Part shown: positions 63,250-64,000 of the stretch, one piece after another
How the letters are laid out: each line of letters starts with the position of its first letter
Numbering within the stretch: position 1 is the stretch's first letter
NCBI GenBank assembly: GCA_963668695.2
Contig: CAXXLQ010000004.1
Coordinates: 3,849,788-3,913,787, forward strand
Direction: 5' to 3'
DNA length: 64,000 bases
Source: Vicinamibacteria bacterium
GTDB lineage: Bacteria > Acidobacteriota > Vicinamibacteria > Marinacidobacterales > Marinacidobacteraceae
Translations under genes and position numbers: made by a program
Notes under the pieces: generated by a model
What the model was told of the DNA's origin: nothing
The model's input: the letters and a program-made list of their open reading frames with translations, nothing else
Database searches by the model: none

Positions 63250-64000
63250 CAGGAGTCGCGGTCCATGCGCACCGAGAGCGCGTTCGCGACGCGGTTGATC
63301 TCATCGATCACGTCGTCGAAGACGGGCATGTCCATGCCGTACTCGTCGACGGGACACCGCGACAGACCGCCGTTCTCGGCCACGTACGCGCGGACGCTGT
63401 TCGGCGGGAGGAAGTCGTCCCGGCGGTACCCGTATTTGCGAACGACATCATCCCTGCCCGGCATCTCATGCGACAGCATGATGAGGTTGTTCAGTTCCTT
63501 GAGCAGGTAGTCGCTGTGGGTGGCGAGAAGCACACGGGTTCCTCTTCGCACCAAGCGTGAAAGGAAACGCGCGAGTTCGATCTGGTTCCGGGTATCCAGC
63601 GCGGATTCCGGCTCGTCCACCAACACCAGATCCTCATGAAAGCCACCCTCTGTTTGGGCGTAGTTCAGGCCTGCAAGAGAACGCACGGATGCGGACGCCA
63701 AGTAGAGCGGAATCCGAAATGGATCCGGCGCACCCTTTGCAGACCGGAAAAAGATCGAATGCCCGTCCGTTTCATATCGGCCACCCATGATCTTGGCAAT
63801 CCCCTTCTGCAGAGCGCGATTCCTATACGTATTCGTCGCTGGCATCTCTCTCGCGAAATCAATGAAATCCCGAACCAGCAAGGAGTAACGGCTCGCCCGG
63901 CTTCTCAGGAACCCCTCAAGGGCTGGTTCTGGCTCCGCAACGGCAGGATTCTGTAGAGCCTCGACGATGCGGTCCTTGCTACTGTCAAGTTCACGCTGGA
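63249..64000 (-). CDS. ABC-type (AAA_15/AAA_21-like) ATPase, C-terminal part; start lies beyond the window
   Basis: ASASVRS signature-like motif, VLVDEPE Walker B and ATHSDY H-loop; frame open to the window end. Confidence 0.85.
   Translation of the reverse strand, partial: QRELDSSKDRIVEALQNPAVAEPEPALEGFLRSRASRYSLLVRDFIDFAREMPATNTYRNRALQKGIAKIMGGRYETDGHSIFFRSAKGAPDPFRIPLYLASASVRSLAGLNYAQTEGGFHEDLVLVDEPESALDTRNQIELARFLSRLVRRGTRVLLATHSDYLLKELNNLIMLSHEMPGRDDVVRKYGYRRDDFLPPNSVRAYVAENGGLSRCPVDEYGMDMPVFDDVIDEINRVANALSVRMDRDS

Overview
A 64-kb, very GC-rich bacterial chromosomal segment. Gene content (DUF1592/DUF1552/ankyrin module, NHL, VPS10, DUF885, many secreted hydrolases, several toxin-antitoxin pairs) suggests an Acidobacteriota-like, possibly host-associated metagenome assembly; this taxonomy is inference. 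About 45 genes are supported, including xth, acs, pepA, trkA/trkH/trkH, lhgO, two Na+/solute symporters with a PLP decarboxylase, a desaturase/condensation/GH3 mini-cluster, an amidase/asparaginase x2/CapA operon, a radical-SAM fusion, three TA pairs and a partial ABC-type ATPase plus two PD-(D/E)XK genes at the right edge. No rRNA, tRNA, CRISPR array or transposase was seen. The most unusual signals are non-coding. (1) A ~19-nt element, CCAGTTCTCCCGGTGGGGG, occurs about 24 times, inserted into MITEs and REP hairpins, with filled and empty sites both visible. (2) An IS-like MITE family nests, carries cargo and supplies gene starts and stops. (3) A 1.2-kb array holds ~45 CTCCA-cgc-TGGAG dyads at 21/32-bp spacing, close to whole helical turns. 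Five single-base frameshifts probably reflect long-read indel errors. All family names come from motif recognition by eye; no searches were run.
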